DNA of 64,000 nucleotides from an uncultured Hyphomicrobiales bacterium (GTDB taxonomy: Bacteria > Pseudomonadota > Alphaproteobacteria > Rhizobiales > Rhizobiaceae). The stretch is from NCBI GenBank assembly GCA_943914405.1, contig CALUBX010000001.1, positions 4,298-68,297 of the forward strand. Direction: 5' to 3'. The notes under the pieces are model-generated. The model saw nothing but the letters and a program-made list of their open reading frames with translations, was not told the DNA's origin and made no database searches. Position 1 is the stretch's first letter; every line of letters begins with the position of its first letter. The position numbers were made by a program, and so were the translations under genes. This document shows, in pieces, positions 35,593-46,484 of the stretch.

Positions 35593-37578
35593 ATGTCTGC
35601 GACCAAAATTCTCTGGGGTCAGATCCTTACCGTCCTTCTGATCGTGCTGATGACGACCTGGGGCGCGACACAGTGGACGGCCTGGCGCCTCGGTTTCCAG
35701 CCCCAGCTCGGTGATCCCTGGTTTGCGATCGCCGGCTGGCCGATCTACTATCCGCCGGCCTTTTTCTGGTGGTGGTACTTCTACGACGCCTATGCGCCGC
35801 CGATCTTTGTCGAAGGCGGCATGATCGCGGCGTCCGGCGGCTTCATCGCTATCGCCGTCGCGATCGGGATGTCGGTCTGGCGTGCGCGCGAGGCGAAAAA
35901 CGTCGCCACCTATGGCTCGGCGCGCTGGGCTGAGATGGAGGAGGTGAAGGCTGCCGGGTTGCTCGGAGCCGATGGCGTTGTGCTCGGTAGGCTCGATCGA
36001 GATTATCTGCGGCATGATGGTCCCGAGCACACTCTATGCTTTGCCCCGACCAGATCGGGTAAAGGGGTGGGCTTGGTGGTGCCCTCACTCCTGACCTGGC
36101 CGGGCAGCGCGCTCGTTCACGATATCAAGGGCGAGAACTGGCAGCTCACCTCCGGTTTCCGATCTCGCCATGGCCGCGTGCTGCTGTTCGACCCGACCAA
36201 TGCGAAATCCGCGGCCTACAATCCTCTGCTCGAGGTGCGGCGCGGTGAGTGGGAGGTCCGCGACGTTCAGAACATCGCCGACATTCTGGTCGATCCTGAA
36301 GGTTCGCTCGAGAAGCGAAACCACTGGGAGAAGACCAGCCATGCCCTTCTGGTCGGCGTGATCCTGCATGTCCTCTATGCCGAGAAGGATAAGACGCTCG
36401 CCGGCGTTGCGGCCTTCCTCTCCGACCCGAAGCGGCCGATCGAATCGACGCTCGCTGCCATGATGAAGACGGCACATCTCGGAGAAGCCGGTCCGCATCC
36501 GGTCATCGCCAGCGCCGCGCGCGAGCTGCTGAACAAATCCGACAATGAACGCTCCGGCGTGCTGTCCACGGCAATGTCGTTCCTGGGCCTCTATCGCGAT
36601 CCGGTTGTCGCCGAGGTGACGCGCCGTTGTGACTGGCGCATCACCGACATCGTGGGCGGCAAGCGTCCGGCGACCCTCTACCTCGTCGTGCCGCCGAGCG
36701 ACATCAACCGCACCAAGCCGCTCATTCGCCTGATCCTCAATCAGATCGGCCGCCGCCTGACCGAGGATCTGCAGGCGAAGACAGGACGGCATCGCCTGCT
36801 GCTGATGCTGGATGAGTTTCCGAGCCTGGGCAGGCTGGATTTCTTCGAGAGCGCTCTGGCCTTCATGGCGGGCTATGGCTTGAAGTCGTTCCTGATCGCT
36901 CAGTCGTTGAACCAGATCGAGAAGGCATACGGGCCGAACAACTCGATCCTCGACAACTGCCATGTGCGCGTGTCGTTCGCGACCAATGACGAGAGGACCG
37001 CGAAAAGGGTGAGCGACGCGCTCGGCACCGCTACCGAAATGAAGGCGATGAAGAACTATGCCGGGCATCGTCTGTCGCCCTGGCTCGGACACCTGATGGT
37101 CTCACGTTCGGAAACCGCGCGACCGCTGCTCACCCCCGGCGAAATCATGCAGCTCCCGCCGGCCGACGAGATCGTCATGGTCGCCGGAACGCCGCCAATC
37201 CGGGCGAAGAAGGCGCGCTATTACGAGGATGCGCGGTTTCAGGAGCGGATATTGCCGCCGCCCAAACTGACCCGCCCCGAAAAGCCGCGGCCGGATGACT
37301 GGAGCAACCTGCCAATTCCGGCTCGACCGGAAGCCGCCGAGACGCTTGCGAGCGCGGGAACGGAAGACGAAGACCCGACCGAATCCGAGCGCCGGCAGCA
37401 ACCCGAGCTGAACCGGGTGAAGCCTGTCGAGAAGAAGGAGCCGATCGAAAACGAATTCGAGATCGATCCGCTCGACGAGATGGAGGAGGAAGCAACCCGC
37501 AACCGGCGCATGGCCCGCCTCATGCAAGGCGTAGCCCGGCAGGTCTCGCTCGATCCCAATGACGGAATGGAGCTGTGA
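35593..37578 (+). CDS. traG: type IV coupling protein TraG/VirD4
   Basis: TYGSARWA, APTRSGKGVG, DIKGENW and LDEFPSLG. Confidence 0.95.
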   Translation: MSATKILWGQILTVLLIVLMTTWGATQWTAWRLGFQPQLGDPWFAIAGWPIYYPPAFFWWWYFYDAYAPPIFVEGGMIAASGGFIAIAVAIGMSVWRAREAKNVATYGSARWAEMEEVKAAGLLGADGVVLGRLDRDYLRHDGPEHTLCFAPTRSGKGVGLVVPSLLTWPGSALVHDIKGENWQLTSGFRSRHGRVLLFDPTNAKSAAYNPLLEVRRGEWEVRDVQNIADILVDPEGSLEKRNHWEKTSHALLVGVILHVLYAEKDKTLAGVAAFLSDPKRPIESTLAAMMKTAHLGEAGPHPVIASAARELLNKSDNERSGVLSTAMSFLGLYRDPVVAEVTRRCDWRITDIVGGKRPATLYLVVPPSDINRTKPLIRLILNQIGRRLTEDLQAKTGRHRLLLMLDEFPSLGRLDFFESALAFMAGYGLKSFLIAQSLNQIEKAYGPNNSILDNCHVRVSFATNDERTAKRVSDALGTATEMKAMKNYAGHRLSPWLGHLMVSRSETARPLLTPGEIMQLPPADEIVMVAGTPPIRAKKARYYEDARFQERILPPPKLTRPEKPRPDDWSNLPIPARPEAAETLASAGTEDEDPTESERRQQPELNRVKPVEKKEPIENEFEIDPLDEMEEEATRNRRMARLMQGVARQVSLDPNDGMEL

Positions 37579-37583
37579 ACGCC

Positions 37584-38048
37584 ATGACCGGCCGAAAAAA
37601 GAAGACGCAGATCTCCGTCTATCTCGAACCTGACGTCATGACGATGCTCTCGGACTATGTCGCTCGCCGGGAACAGCCGATGTCCCTGGTGGTGGAAGCG
37701 GCCGTCGCTTCCTTCCTGTCGCCGGACGACGCCGAACGGCGCGAGGCGATCCTCGCCAAACGCCTCGACCAGATCGATCGCCGCATGACCCGATTGGAAC
37801 GTGATGTCGGCATTTCGGTTGAGACGCTCGCTGTCTTCGTTCGCTTCTGGCTCACGAGCACGCCGGCGCTGCCCGAGCCGGCGGCGCAGGCGGCACGCGC
37901 CAAGGCTGCTGAACGCTATGAGGCGTTCGTGACCGCGCTCGGTCGGCGGCTGGCACAGGGGCCGAAGCTCAGGCAGGAAGTCAGCGAGGACGTGGGCGAC
38001 TCACCAAACGGTCAGGCTTCGGCGCGCGCGGGCATGCATGGTGAATAG
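37584..38048 (+). CDS. CopG/RHH-family regulator
   Basis: ISVYLEP...SLVVEAAVASFLSPD; conserved position after traG. Confidence 0.8.
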   Translation: MTGRKKKTQISVYLEPDVMTMLSDYVARREQPMSLVVEAAVASFLSPDDAERREAILAKRLDQIDRRMTRLERDVGISVETLAVFVRFWLTSTPALPEPAAQAARAKAAERYEAFVTALGRRLAQGPKLRQEVSEDVGDSPNGQASARAGMHGE

Positions 38049-38215
38049 CAACCGCCGTATCGAGATCAAGAAGATCGCCGACCCGCCGTTTTCCTGTATT
38101 TGCACGCTACATTACTACGACGCCAATTCCTTGTTGAATCGGCCTGATTTGCGGCTCTTTTAATCATCCCCGTCCGGGGATCGTCTGATTTTCCCCGGCC
38201 GGAAACGGGGATCGG

Positions 38216-39217
38216 ATGGCAGTCTCTCATCGAAATTCGGAAGGCTTTGCCCGCGGTGCGCGGATGCTGCGCACCGCGCTGGGTGCTGCCATCGCCCGTC
38301 TTCTGGAAGACCCCGGCGTCGTCGAGGTGATGCTCAATCCCGATGGGCGGCTGTGGATCGACCGTCTCTCGGAAGGCATGTCCGACACCGGCGAGCGCAT
38401 CTCGCCCGCGGACGGCGAACGCATCATCCGCCTGGTCGCCCATCATGTCGGCGCGGAGGTCCATGCCGGCGCTCCGCGTGTCTCGGCCGAACTGCCTGAG
38501 AGTGGCGAGCGCTTCGAGGGTCTCCTGCCTCCGATCGTCACAGGCCCGGCCTTCGCTATCCGCAAACCGGCAGTCTCGGTGTTCACCCTCGACGACTATG
38601 TTGCGGCAGGAACCATGACCGCCGATCAGGCGGCATTCCTGCGCGAGGCTGTCGCCGCGCACACCAATATTCTTGTCGCCGGCGGTACGGGCACCGGCAA
38701 GACGACGCTGACCAACGCGCTTCTCTCGGAAGTGGCGAAGGGGCAAGACCGGCTCCTCATCATCGAGGATACCCGCGAACTTCAAAGCCGGTCCGAGAAC
38801 AAGGTGCCGATGCGCACCAAGGACTTCATCGCCAATCTCACGGATCTGGCGCGCTCGGCCATGCGCTTTCGTCCCGACCGTATCATCGTCGGCGAGGTGC
38901 GCGGTCCCGAAGCCCTCGACCTCCTGAAACTCTGGGGCACCGGCCATCCCGGCGGGATCGGCACCATTCACGCCGGCACCAGCCTCGGCGCGCTTCGCCG
39001 CCTCGAACAGCTCATCCAGGAAGCCGTCGTCACTGTCCCCAAGGCGCTGATCGCCGAAACCATCGGCATGGTGGCGGTTCTCTCCGGACGCGGTTCCGCG
39101 CGACGGCTCTCGGAACTCGCCCGCGTCGAAGGTCTCGGACCTAACGGCGATTACGGCGTCGCTCCCGCTCATCTTTCCTCCGACCGCCAACCGCTCCCGA
39201 AAGGAGAAACGTCATGA
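38216..39217 (+). CDS. trbB: P-type conjugative transfer ATPase TrbB
   Basis: [17 protein letters not shown] and [12 protein letters not shown]. Confidence 0.95.
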   Translation: MAVSHRNSEGFARGARMLRTALGAAIARLLEDPGVVEVMLNPDGRLWIDRLSEGMSDTGERISPADGERIIRLVAHHVGAEVHAGAPRVSAELPESGERFEGLLPPIVTGPAFAIRKPAVSVFTLDDYVAAGTMTADQAAFLREAVAAHTNILVAGGTGTGKTTLTNALLSEVAKGQDRLLIIEDTRELQSRSENKVPMRTKDFIANLTDLARSAMRFRPDRIIVGEVRGPEALDLLKLWGTGHPGGIGTIHAGTSLGALRRLEQLIQEAVVTVPKALIAETIGMVAVLSGRGSARRLSELARVEGLGPNGDYGVAPAHLSSDRQPLPKGETS

Positions 39218-39603
39218 CTTTCCATGTTCCGCCGATTCTGTCCGCTCTGCCGCGGCAGGCGAACACATCCACCCCGCCGATCCTGCGCGGCATCCGCCGC
39301 CACCTTTTGGGTTCGATGGCGCTCGCCACGATCATGATGATGGCGGCTGTGCCGGCTCACGCGTCCGGTTCCTCTATGCCGTGGGAAGCGCCGCTTCAGT
39401 CGATCCTCGAATCCATCGAGGGGCCGGTTGCCAAGATCGTCGCTGTCATCATCATCATCGCTACCGGCCTGGCGCTGGCCTTCGGTGACACCAGCGGCGG
39501 CTTCCGCCGCTTGATCCAGATCGTCTTCGGCCTGTCGATCGCCTTTGCCGCCAGCTCCTTCTTCCTCAGCTTCTTCTCGTTTGGCGGCGGAGCCTTGGTG
39601 TAA
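39214..39603 (+). CDS. trbC: pilin TrbC/VirB2
   Basis: SSMPWEAPL...GPVAK and two hydrophobic helices. Confidence 0.9.
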   Translation: MTFHVPPILSALPRQANTSTPPILRGIRRHLLGSMALATIMMMAAVPAHASGSSMPWEAPLQSILESIEGPVAKIVAVIIIIATGLALAFGDTSGGFRRLIQIVFGLSIAFAASSFFLSFFSFGGGALV

Positions 39604-39884
39604 TGGCCGCCGTCCTCGAACATTTCGACGCGGTGCCGGGATTCTCTGTCCCGGTCCATCGCGCCTTGACCGAGCACATCCTGCTCGGCGGCGCGCCGAG
39701 AAGCATTGCCATCATGAACGGCACCTTGGCCGGGGCCGTGGGTCTCGGCTTGCGTCTCTGGCTGGTCGGCCTCGCCATCTGGGCCGTCGGGCATTTCGCG
39801 GCAGTCTGGGCGGCGAAACGCGACCCGCTGTTCGTCGAGGTTGGTCGCCGTCACCTGCGCATCCCCGGTCATCTTGCGGTTTGA
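39603..39884 (+). CDS. trbD: TrbD/VirB3
   Basis: PVHRALTEHILLGGAPR and KRDP. Confidence 0.9.
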   Translation: MAAVLEHFDAVPGFSVPVHRALTEHILLGGAPRSIAIMNGTLAGAVGLGLRLWLVGLAIWAVGHFAAVWAAKRDPLFVEVGRRHLRIPGHLAV

Positions 39885-39895
39885 GGAGTGCGGCC

Positions 39896-42352
39896 ATGCT
39901 GAACCTTTCCGAATATCGCCGCACCGCCAGCCGGCTTGCGGATTTCCTGCCCTGGGCTGCGCTCGTCGGCGAGGGTGTCGTTCTGAACAAGGACGGATCG
40001 TTGCAACGGACCGCCCGGTTTCGTGGCCCCGATCTGGAATCGTCCGTCGCAGCCGAACTTGTCGCCGTCGCCGCGCGGCTGAACAATGCCTTCCGGCGTC
40101 TCGGCTCCGGCTGGGCGATCTTCGTCGAGGCGCAGCGTCATGAGGCTGCGACCTATCCCGACAGCCGCTTTCCCGATCCGGCATCCGCATTGCTGGACGC
40201 CGAGCGCAAGGCCGATTTCGAGGAACAGGGCAGCCATTTCATTTCAGGTTACTTCCTGACCTTCTCCTATCTTTCGCCTGCTGAAGATGCCGCGCGTGCC
40301 GAGACCTGGCTCTACGAGGGACGCGAACGCTCCGGCGTCGATCCGAACGAGGTCCTGCGCGGCTTTATCGATCGCACCGACCGCGTGCTGGGGCTCCTCG
40401 ACGGCTTTATGCCGGAATGCGACTGGCTCGATGACAGCGAGACGCTGACCTACCTGCACTCGACCATCTCGACCAACCGGCATCGCGTCCGTGTGCCCGA
40501 GACGCCGATGTATCTCGATGCGCTGCTGGCCGATCAGCCGCTGACCGGTGGACTGGAGCCGCGTCTCGGCGACACCCATCTGCGCATCCTCACCATTGTC
40601 GGCTTCCCGACTGCGACGACACCCGGAATTCTCGACGAGCTGAACAGGCTCGCCTTTCCCTATCGCTGGTCAACGCGCGCGATCCTGCTCGACAAGACCG
40701 ACGCCATCCGGCTGCTCACCCGCATCCGCCGCCAGTGGTTCGCCAAACGCAAGTCGATCGCGGCCATTCTGAAAGAGGTGATGACCAACGAGGCGTCGGT
40801 TCTCGTGGATACCGACGCCGCAAACAAGGCCGCCGACGCGGACATCGCTCTTCAGGAACTCGGCGCCGACTATGCCGGCATGGCCTATGTCACGGCAACC
40901 ATCTCCGTATGGGACACCGATCCCCGCCTGGCCGATGAAAAGCTTCGTCTTGTCGAAAAAGTGGTCCAGGGCCGCGACTTCACGGCGATGCCCGAAACCA
41001 TCAATGCCGTCGACGCCTGGCTCGGTTCGCTGCCGGGGCATGTTTATGCCAATGTGCGCCAGCCGCCGATATCGACACTCAATCTCGCCCACATGATCCC
41101 CCTCAGTGCCGTGTGGGCGGGACCGGAACGGGATGACCATCTTGGTAGCACCCCCTTGCTTTACGGCAAGACCGAGGGAAGCACCCCGTTCCGGCTTTCC
41201 ATCCATGTCGGCGACGTCGGCCACACGCTCGTCGTTGGGCCGACCGGCTCTGGCAAGAGCGTGCTGCTCGCCTGCATGGCGCTCCAGTTCCGGCGCTATG
41301 AGCAAGCCCAAGTTTTCGCATTCGATTTCGGGGGATCGATCCGGGCCGCGGCCCTTGCCATGGGCGGCGACTGGCATGATCTCGGCGGCGATCTCACCGA
41401 GGGGGACGCTTTTTCGGTCTCGCTCCAGCCGCTCGCCCGCATCCGTGACGTGCCGGAACGCGCCTGGGCGGCCGACTGGATCGTCGCCATCCTGACACGC
41501 GAGAGCATCGCGATCACGCCGGATGTCAAGGAGCACATCTGGACGGCGCTGACCTCGCTCGCCTCGGCCCCGGTCGAGGAACGGACCATCACTGGCCTGA
41601 CGGTGCTGCTGCAATCGAATGACCTGAAGCAGGCGCTCAGGCCGTATTGTGTCGGCGGTCCCTATGGCCGGCTGCTCGATGCCGAAACCGAGCACCTCGG
41701 CAGTGCGTCGGTGCAGGCTTTCGAGATCGAGGGACTGGTCGGCACGGGCGCTGCTCCGGCCGTCCTGTCCTACCTGTTCCACCGCATCGGCGACCGGCTC
41801 GATGGCTCACCCACTTTGCTCATCATTGACGAGGGCTGGCTGGCGCTCGATGACGAAGCCTTTTCCGGGCAGTTGCGGGAATGGCTGAAGACCCTCAGAA
41901 AAAAGAACGCCTCGGTTATTTTCGCCACGCAGTCGCTCTCCGACATCGACAATTCGGAGATCGCGCCGGCGATCATCGAAAGCTGCCCGACGCGCCTGCT
42001 TCTTCCGAATGAGCGCGCTGTCGAACCGCAGATCACCGCGATCTATCAGCGATTTGGCTTGAACGCGCGCCAGATCGAGATCCTCGCGCGGGCCACGCCG
42101 AAAAAGGACTATTACTGCCAAAGCCGCAGGGGGAACCGCCTGTTTGACTTGGGCCTGTCCGAAGTCGGCCTGGCACTGACGGCCGCCTCCTCGAAATCCG
42201 ATCAGTCCGCCATCGCCCGCATCTTCGCTGAACACGGCCGGGACGGCTTTCTCGCCGCCTGGCTGCGCCTGCGCGGCGTCGATTGGGCGGCCGACCTCAT
42301 TCCCGACCTCGCCAATCTCATCCCCCAGCCCGACAAGGAGGCTCAACCATGA
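39896..42352 (+). CDS. trbE: TrbE/VirB4 ATPase
   Basis: LADFLPWA, GPTGSGKS, IDEGW and FATQS. Confidence 0.95.
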   Translation: MLNLSEYRRTASRLADFLPWAALVGEGVVLNKDGSLQRTARFRGPDLESSVAAELVAVAARLNNAFRRLGSGWAIFVEAQRHEAATYPDSRFPDPASALLDAERKADFEEQGSHFISGYFLTFSYLSPAEDAARAETWLYEGRERSGVDPNEVLRGFIDRTDRVLGLLDGFMPECDWLDDSETLTYLHSTISTNRHRVRVPETPMYLDALLADQPLTGGLEPRLGDTHLRILTIVGFPTATTPGILDELNRLAFPYRWSTRAILLDKTDAIRLLTRIRRQWFAKRKSIAAILKEVMTNEASVLVDTDAANKAADADIALQELGADYAGMAYVTATISVWDTDPRLADEKLRLVEKVVQGRDFTAMPETINAVDAWLGSLPGHVYANVRQPPISTLNLAHMIPLSAVWAGPERDDHLGSTPLLYGKTEGSTPFRLSIHVGDVGHTLVVGPTGSGKSVLLACMALQFRRYEQAQVFAFDFGGSIRAAALAMGGDWHDLGGDLTEGDAFSVSLQPLARIRDVPERAWAADWIVAILTRESIAITPDVKEHIWTALTSLASAPVEERTITGLTVLLQSNDLKQALRPYCVGGPYGRLLDAETEHLGSASVQAFEIEGLVGTGAAPAVLSYLFHRIGDRLDGSPTLLIIDEGWLALDDEAFSGQLREWLKTLRKKNASVIFATQSLSDIDNSEIAPAIIESCPTRLLLPNERAVEPQITAIYQRFGLNARQIEILARATPKKDYYCQSRRGNRLFDLGLSEVGLALTAASSKSDQSAIARIFAEHGRDGFLAAWLRLRGVDWAADLIPDLANLIPQPDKEAQP

Positions 42353-43101
42353 AGACCTGTCGTACCCGCGCGGCGCTGCTCGCCGCATCCCTCCTGACCC
42401 TTTCCGGTCCGATCTCGATCGTTCTGGCGCCGCCGGCATCCGCCGCCTGGATCGTCTACGACCCGACGAACTATTCTCAGAATCTTCTGTCCGCTGCCCG
42501 CGCCCTGGAGCAGATCAACAATCAGATCACCAGCCTGCAAAACGAAGCGCAGATGCTGATCAACCAAGCCCGCAATCTGGCAAGCCTGCCGTATTCGTCG
42601 CTCCAGCAGATCCAGCAGTCCGTTCAGCGCACGCAGCAGCTACTGTCCCAGGCGCAGAACATTGCCTTCGACGTCAGCCAGATCGATCAGGCGTTCCAGT
42701 CGAAATACGCCAATGTCTCGCTCTCGGCCACCGATGCGCAGCTCGTCTCCGATGCCAAGGAGCGCTGGCGCAACAGCATCGGCGGCCTTCAGGACGCCAT
42801 GCGCGTGCAGGCTACCGTCGTCGGCAATATCGATACCAACCGCACCGAGATGTCGCAACTGGTCGGCCAGAGCCAGGGTGCGACCGGCGCGCTTCAGGCC
42901 GCACAGGCAGGCAATCAGCTTCTCGCCCTCCAGTCGCAGCAGCTCTCCGACCTGACGGCCCTGCTTGCCGCCAATGGCCGGTCCACCGCGCTCACCGAAG
43001 CCGAGCGCGCCGCCGCAGCCGAACAGGGCCGCGTCCAACGCCAGCGCTTTCTGACGCCGGGCTCCGGCTATCAGGCCGGCAGCGCCAAGATGTTCAACTG
43101 A
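42349..43101 (+). CDS. trbJ: TrbJ
   Basis: Signal peptide, VYDPTNY and Q-rich helices. Confidence 0.9.
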   Translation: MKTCRTRAALLAASLLTLSGPISIVLAPPASAAWIVYDPTNYSQNLLSAARALEQINNQITSLQNEAQMLINQARNLASLPYSSLQQIQQSVQRTQQLLSQAQNIAFDVSQIDQAFQSKYANVSLSATDAQLVSDAKERWRNSIGGLQDAMRVQATVVGNIDTNRTEMSQLVGQSQGATGALQAAQAGNQLLALQSQQLSDLTALLAANGRSTALTEAERAAAAEQGRVQRQRFLTPGSGYQAGSAKMFN

Positions 43102-43111
43102 GGACGCAGCC

Positions 43112-43405
43112 ATGGATGGCAAGATGCTGGCCCGGCTGGCCGCTGTCGTCTTCATCGCCGTCGCGATCACCGCGACGGCGACCGAGATGCTCAGAAAGAG
43201 AGAGGCTCCCGCACCATGGACACGCCCCACACCCGCCATCGACTCGCCGGCAGATCCGCTCCGCCTCGGCCAGCGCCGGTGCCAGGAGCTTGGGCAGGCC
43301 GCCACCGGCGATGCCGAATGTTTGCGCGTCTGGTCGGAAACCCGCGACCGCTTCCTCGGCAGAATTGCGGTGCAGGCTGCTCCACAGACGATCGAAGGAC
43401 GATGA
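43112..43405 (+). CDS. trbK: entry exclusion protein TrbK-alt
   Basis: MDGKMLARL...RCQELG...CLRVW...RFLG, between trbJ and trbL. Confidence 0.8.
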   Translation: MDGKMLARLAAVVFIAVAITATATEMLRKREAPAPWTRPTPAIDSPADPLRLGQRRCQELGQAATGDAECLRVWSETRDRFLGRIAVQAAPQTIEGR

Positions 43406-43408
43406 TTC

Positions 43409-44782
43409 ATGGGCGGCAGCGGCGTCATCGACAATTTCCTCGGGGTCTTCACCTCCTATATCGACAGTGGCTTCGGTCTTCTCGGCGGCGAGGTCGCCTT
43501 CATCGCCACCACGTTGATCGTCATCGACGTGACGCTCGCCGCCCTGTTCTGGAGTTGGGGCGCCGACGACGACATCATCGCCCGTCTAGTGAAGAAGACC
43601 CTGTTCGTCGGGGCTTTCGCCTACATCATCGACAACTGGAACAATCTGGCGAGGATCATCTTCGAGAGCTTCGCCGGCCTCGGCCTCAAGGGATCGGGCA
43701 CCGGCTTTTCGACGGCGGATCTCCTTCGCCCCGGACGGGTGGCGCAAGTCGGCCTCGACGCGGCCCGCCCGCTGCTGGAATCCATTTCCGACCTGATGGG
43801 CTGGGTCGCATTCTTCGAGAATTTCATCCAGATCGCATGCCTGCTGTTCGCTTGGGCGCTCGTCCTCTTGGCTTTCTTTATTCTGGCGATCCAGTTGTTC
43901 GTCACACTGATCGAATTCAAGCTGACCGTTCTTGCCGGATTTGTCCTCATCCCATTCGGATTGTTTGGGAAGACGGCCTTCATGGCCGAAAGGGTCCTCG
44001 GCAGTGTCATCTCTTCCGGCATCAAGGTGCTGGTGCTCGCCGTCATCATCGGCATCGGCTCGACGCTGTTCAGCGAGTTCACCTCCGGCTTCGGCGGGGT
44101 CACGCCGACGATCGACGACGCGATGGCGATCGTGCTCGCAGCACTTTCCCTGGTCGGTCTCGGCATCTTCGGACCGGGCATCGCCAACGGCCTCGTGTCC
44201 GGCGGCCCGCAGCTTGGCGCCGGTGCAGCCGTCAGTACCGGCCTTGCCGTCGGCGGTGCTGCACTTGCCGCAGGCGGTGCGGCGGGCCTGGCCTTGCGGG
44301 GGGGCGCTGCGGCTTTGTCCGGCGGCGCGGCCGCTGTTCGTGGTGGCGCAGCGGCAGCGGGCGCTGCCTCGACCGCCTACAATCTCGGATCGATGGGACA
44401 GACCGGCGCCTCGGGCATGGCGTCCGGTCTCGGCGGTGTCGCGCGAGGAGCAGGCTCCGCCGCCGTTTCGCCTCTGAAGCGCGCCGCCGGCCGTGCGTCC
44501 GAAAGCGTCAAATCGAATTTCTCCGACGGCGTGAAAGGCGGCTTCAGCGCCACCGGCGGCTCTTCCACGCTCGACACCGTCGGCGGCGATGAGGCCGCCA
44601 ACGACGATTCCTTTGCCGCCGCTCCGGCGGCTTCGCGCAATGGCGCCCCCGATTGGGCCAGGCGCATGAAACGCAGCCAGCACGTCAGCCACGGCGTTTC
44701 CGCCGCCGCCCATGCCGTTCGATCGGGCGACAGCCATGGCGGCGGCTCTTCCGTCAATCTCTCCGAAAGTGACCGCTCATGA
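43409..44782 (+). CDS. trbL: TrbL/VirB6
   Basis: YIDSGFGLL, multiple TM segments and a Gly/Ala-rich tail. Confidence 0.93.
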   Translation: MGGSGVIDNFLGVFTSYIDSGFGLLGGEVAFIATTLIVIDVTLAALFWSWGADDDIIARLVKKTLFVGAFAYIIDNWNNLARIIFESFAGLGLKGSGTGFSTADLLRPGRVAQVGLDAARPLLESISDLMGWVAFFENFIQIACLLFAWALVLLAFFILAIQLFVTLIEFKLTVLAGFVLIPFGLFGKTAFMAERVLGSVISSGIKVLVLAVIIGIGSTLFSEFTSGFGGVTPTIDDAMAIVLAALSLVGLGIFGPGIANGLVSGGPQLGAGAAVSTGLAVGGAALAAGGAAGLALRGGAAALSGGAAAVRGGAAAAGAASTAYNLGSMGQTGASGMASGLGGVARGAGSAAVSPLKRAAGRASESVKSNFSDGVKGGFSATGGSSTLDTVGGDEAANDDSFAAAPAASRNGAPDWARRMKRSQHVSHGVSAAAHAVRSGDSHGGGSSVNLSESDRS

Positions 44783-45468
44783 GCTTCTTCAAACGACCGG
44801 CAGCCCATTACGGCAAGACTCCGCAACCCGAAACACCCTATCAGAAGGCCGCGCAGGTCTGGGACGAGCGTATCGGCTCGGCCCGCGTGCAGGCGAGAAA
44901 CTGGAGGCTCATGGCGTTCGGAAGCCTGATCCTTTCGGCGGGCTTTGCTGCCGCGCTCGTTTGGCAGTCCACACGTGGGACCGTCGTTCCGTGGGTCGTA
45001 CAGGTCGACAAGCTCGGCCAGGCCCAGACCGTCGCCGCTGCCACCGCCGACTACCGTCCCACCGATCCGCAGGTCGCATGGCATCTGGCGCGATTCATCG
45101 AGCAGGTCAGGAGCATTCCCGCCGATCCCATCATCGTCCGCCAGAACTGGCTGCGCGCCTATGACTGGACGACGGATCGCGGCGCGACAGCGCTGAATGA
45201 CTATGCGCGGTCTAATGACCCCTTCACCAAGGTCGGCAAGCAGCAGGTCGCCGTCGAGGTGTCGAGCGTCATTCGCGCGTCGCCAGACAGCTTCCGTGTC
45301 GCCTGGGTCGAGCGCCGCTACGAGAACGGCCAGCTTTCCACCACCGAGCGCTGGACCGCGATCCTGACCATCGTGATCCAGCCGCCCCGCGATGCTGAAC
45401 GGCTCAAGTCCAATCCTCTCGGCATCTACGTCAACGCGATTTCGTGGTCGAGGGAGATGGGCGAATGA
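44779..45468 (+). CDS. trbF: TrbF/VirB8
   Basis: WDERIGSARVQA and NPLGIYV. Confidence 0.93.
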   Translation: MSFFKRPAAHYGKTPQPETPYQKAAQVWDERIGSARVQARNWRLMAFGSLILSAGFAAALVWQSTRGTVVPWVVQVDKLGQAQTVAAATADYRPTDPQVAWHLARFIEQVRSIPADPIIVRQNWLRAYDWTTDRGATALNDYARSNDPFTKVGKQQVAVEVSSVIRASPDSFRVAWVERRYENGQLSTTERWTAILTIVIQPPRDAERLKSNPLGIYVNAISWSREMGE

Positions 45469-46484
45469 ACAAGCCGCCAATCCGCAGAGCCGGAAACCCG
45501 TCTTTCCGTAAACCCGCATTTGCTGCCGTGCTCCTGTCCGCCGCGGCACTGGCCGGCTGCGCCACGCCGCAAAAGCCGCCACAGATCCGCTACGATGCCG
45601 ATGTGCCGGCGCTGCCGGCCGTTCCCGCCGTGCTGACCGACGATCGCCCGAAGCCGCTGCACATTCCTCCGGGCTGGACGCCAGCGCGCGGCGGCGTCAA
45701 CGCGACCACACCGACCGGCCGGGTTCAGAACGCCAACGCGGCGGCCCGCGTTGAGCCGCGCCGGGAAGGCTACTACAATGCGATCCAGATCTATCCCTGG
45801 AGCGAGGGCGCGCTCTATCAGGTCTATGCCGCACCGGGCCAGATCACCGACATCGCGCTCGAACCCGGTGAAAGCCTGACCGGCGCCGGACCGATCGCGG
45901 CCGGCGACACCACGCGCTGGATCATCGGCGACACCGAGAGCGGCAGCGGCACGACCCGGCGCGTCCATGTGCTGGTGAAGCCCTCGCGCCCCGACATCAC
46001 CACCAATCTGGTGATTTCCACCGATCGGCGCACCTACATGCTCGAACTGCGATCCGACGAAACACCTTACATGCCGTCGGTCGCCTGGTCCTATCCGCAG
46101 GTGCCGGGTTCACGGCTATCCATTCCCGACGCGCCGGCGATTCCAGCCGTGGCGGGGCGCAACTACCGCTATGGTCTCACTGGCGACACGCCGCCTTGGC
46201 GGCCGGTCTCCGTCTATGACGACGGCCGCAAGGTCTATGTCGAATTCCCGCGCGGCATCGTGCAAGGGGAATTCCCGCCGCTCTTCGTCATCGGTCCGGA
46301 AGGTGAGGCACAGATCGCCAATACCCGAATCTATCGGAACATCCTGATCGTGGATCGCCTCTTCGGTGCGGCGGAATTGCGCCTGGGTAGCGGCAAGCAT
46401 CAGCAGACGGTGAGGATCGTCCGAACAAGCGGAGTCGTGCAGGCGCCGGCAGTCCAAACCAGGGAAGGAGGGCGGTCGTCATGA
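45465..46484 (+). CDS. trbG: TrbG/VirB9
   Basis: Lipobox LAGC, AGDTTRW and VYDDGRKVY. Confidence 0.92.
   Translation: MNKPPIRRAGNPSFRKPAFAAVLLSAAALAGCATPQKPPQIRYDADVPALPAVPAVLTDDRPKPLHIPPGWTPARGGVNATTPTGRVQNANAAARVEPRREGYYNAIQIYPWSEGALYQVYAAPGQITDIALEPGESLTGAGPIAAGDTTRWIIGDTESGSGTTRRVHVLVKPSRPDITTNLVISTDRRTYMLELRSDETPYMPSVAWSYPQVPGSRLSIPDAPAIPAVAGRNYRYGLTGDTPPWRPVSVYDDGRKVYVEFPRGIVQGEFPPLFVIGPEGEAQIANTRIYRNILIVDRLFGAAELRLGSGKHQQTVRIVRTSGVVQAPAVQTREGGRSS

Noticed and set aside
38100..38215. CTAC repeats and ATCCCCG/CGGGGAT hairpins upstream of trbB as a defined operator
   Set aside because: Plausibly the trb promoter region, but too short and unsupported to assign.
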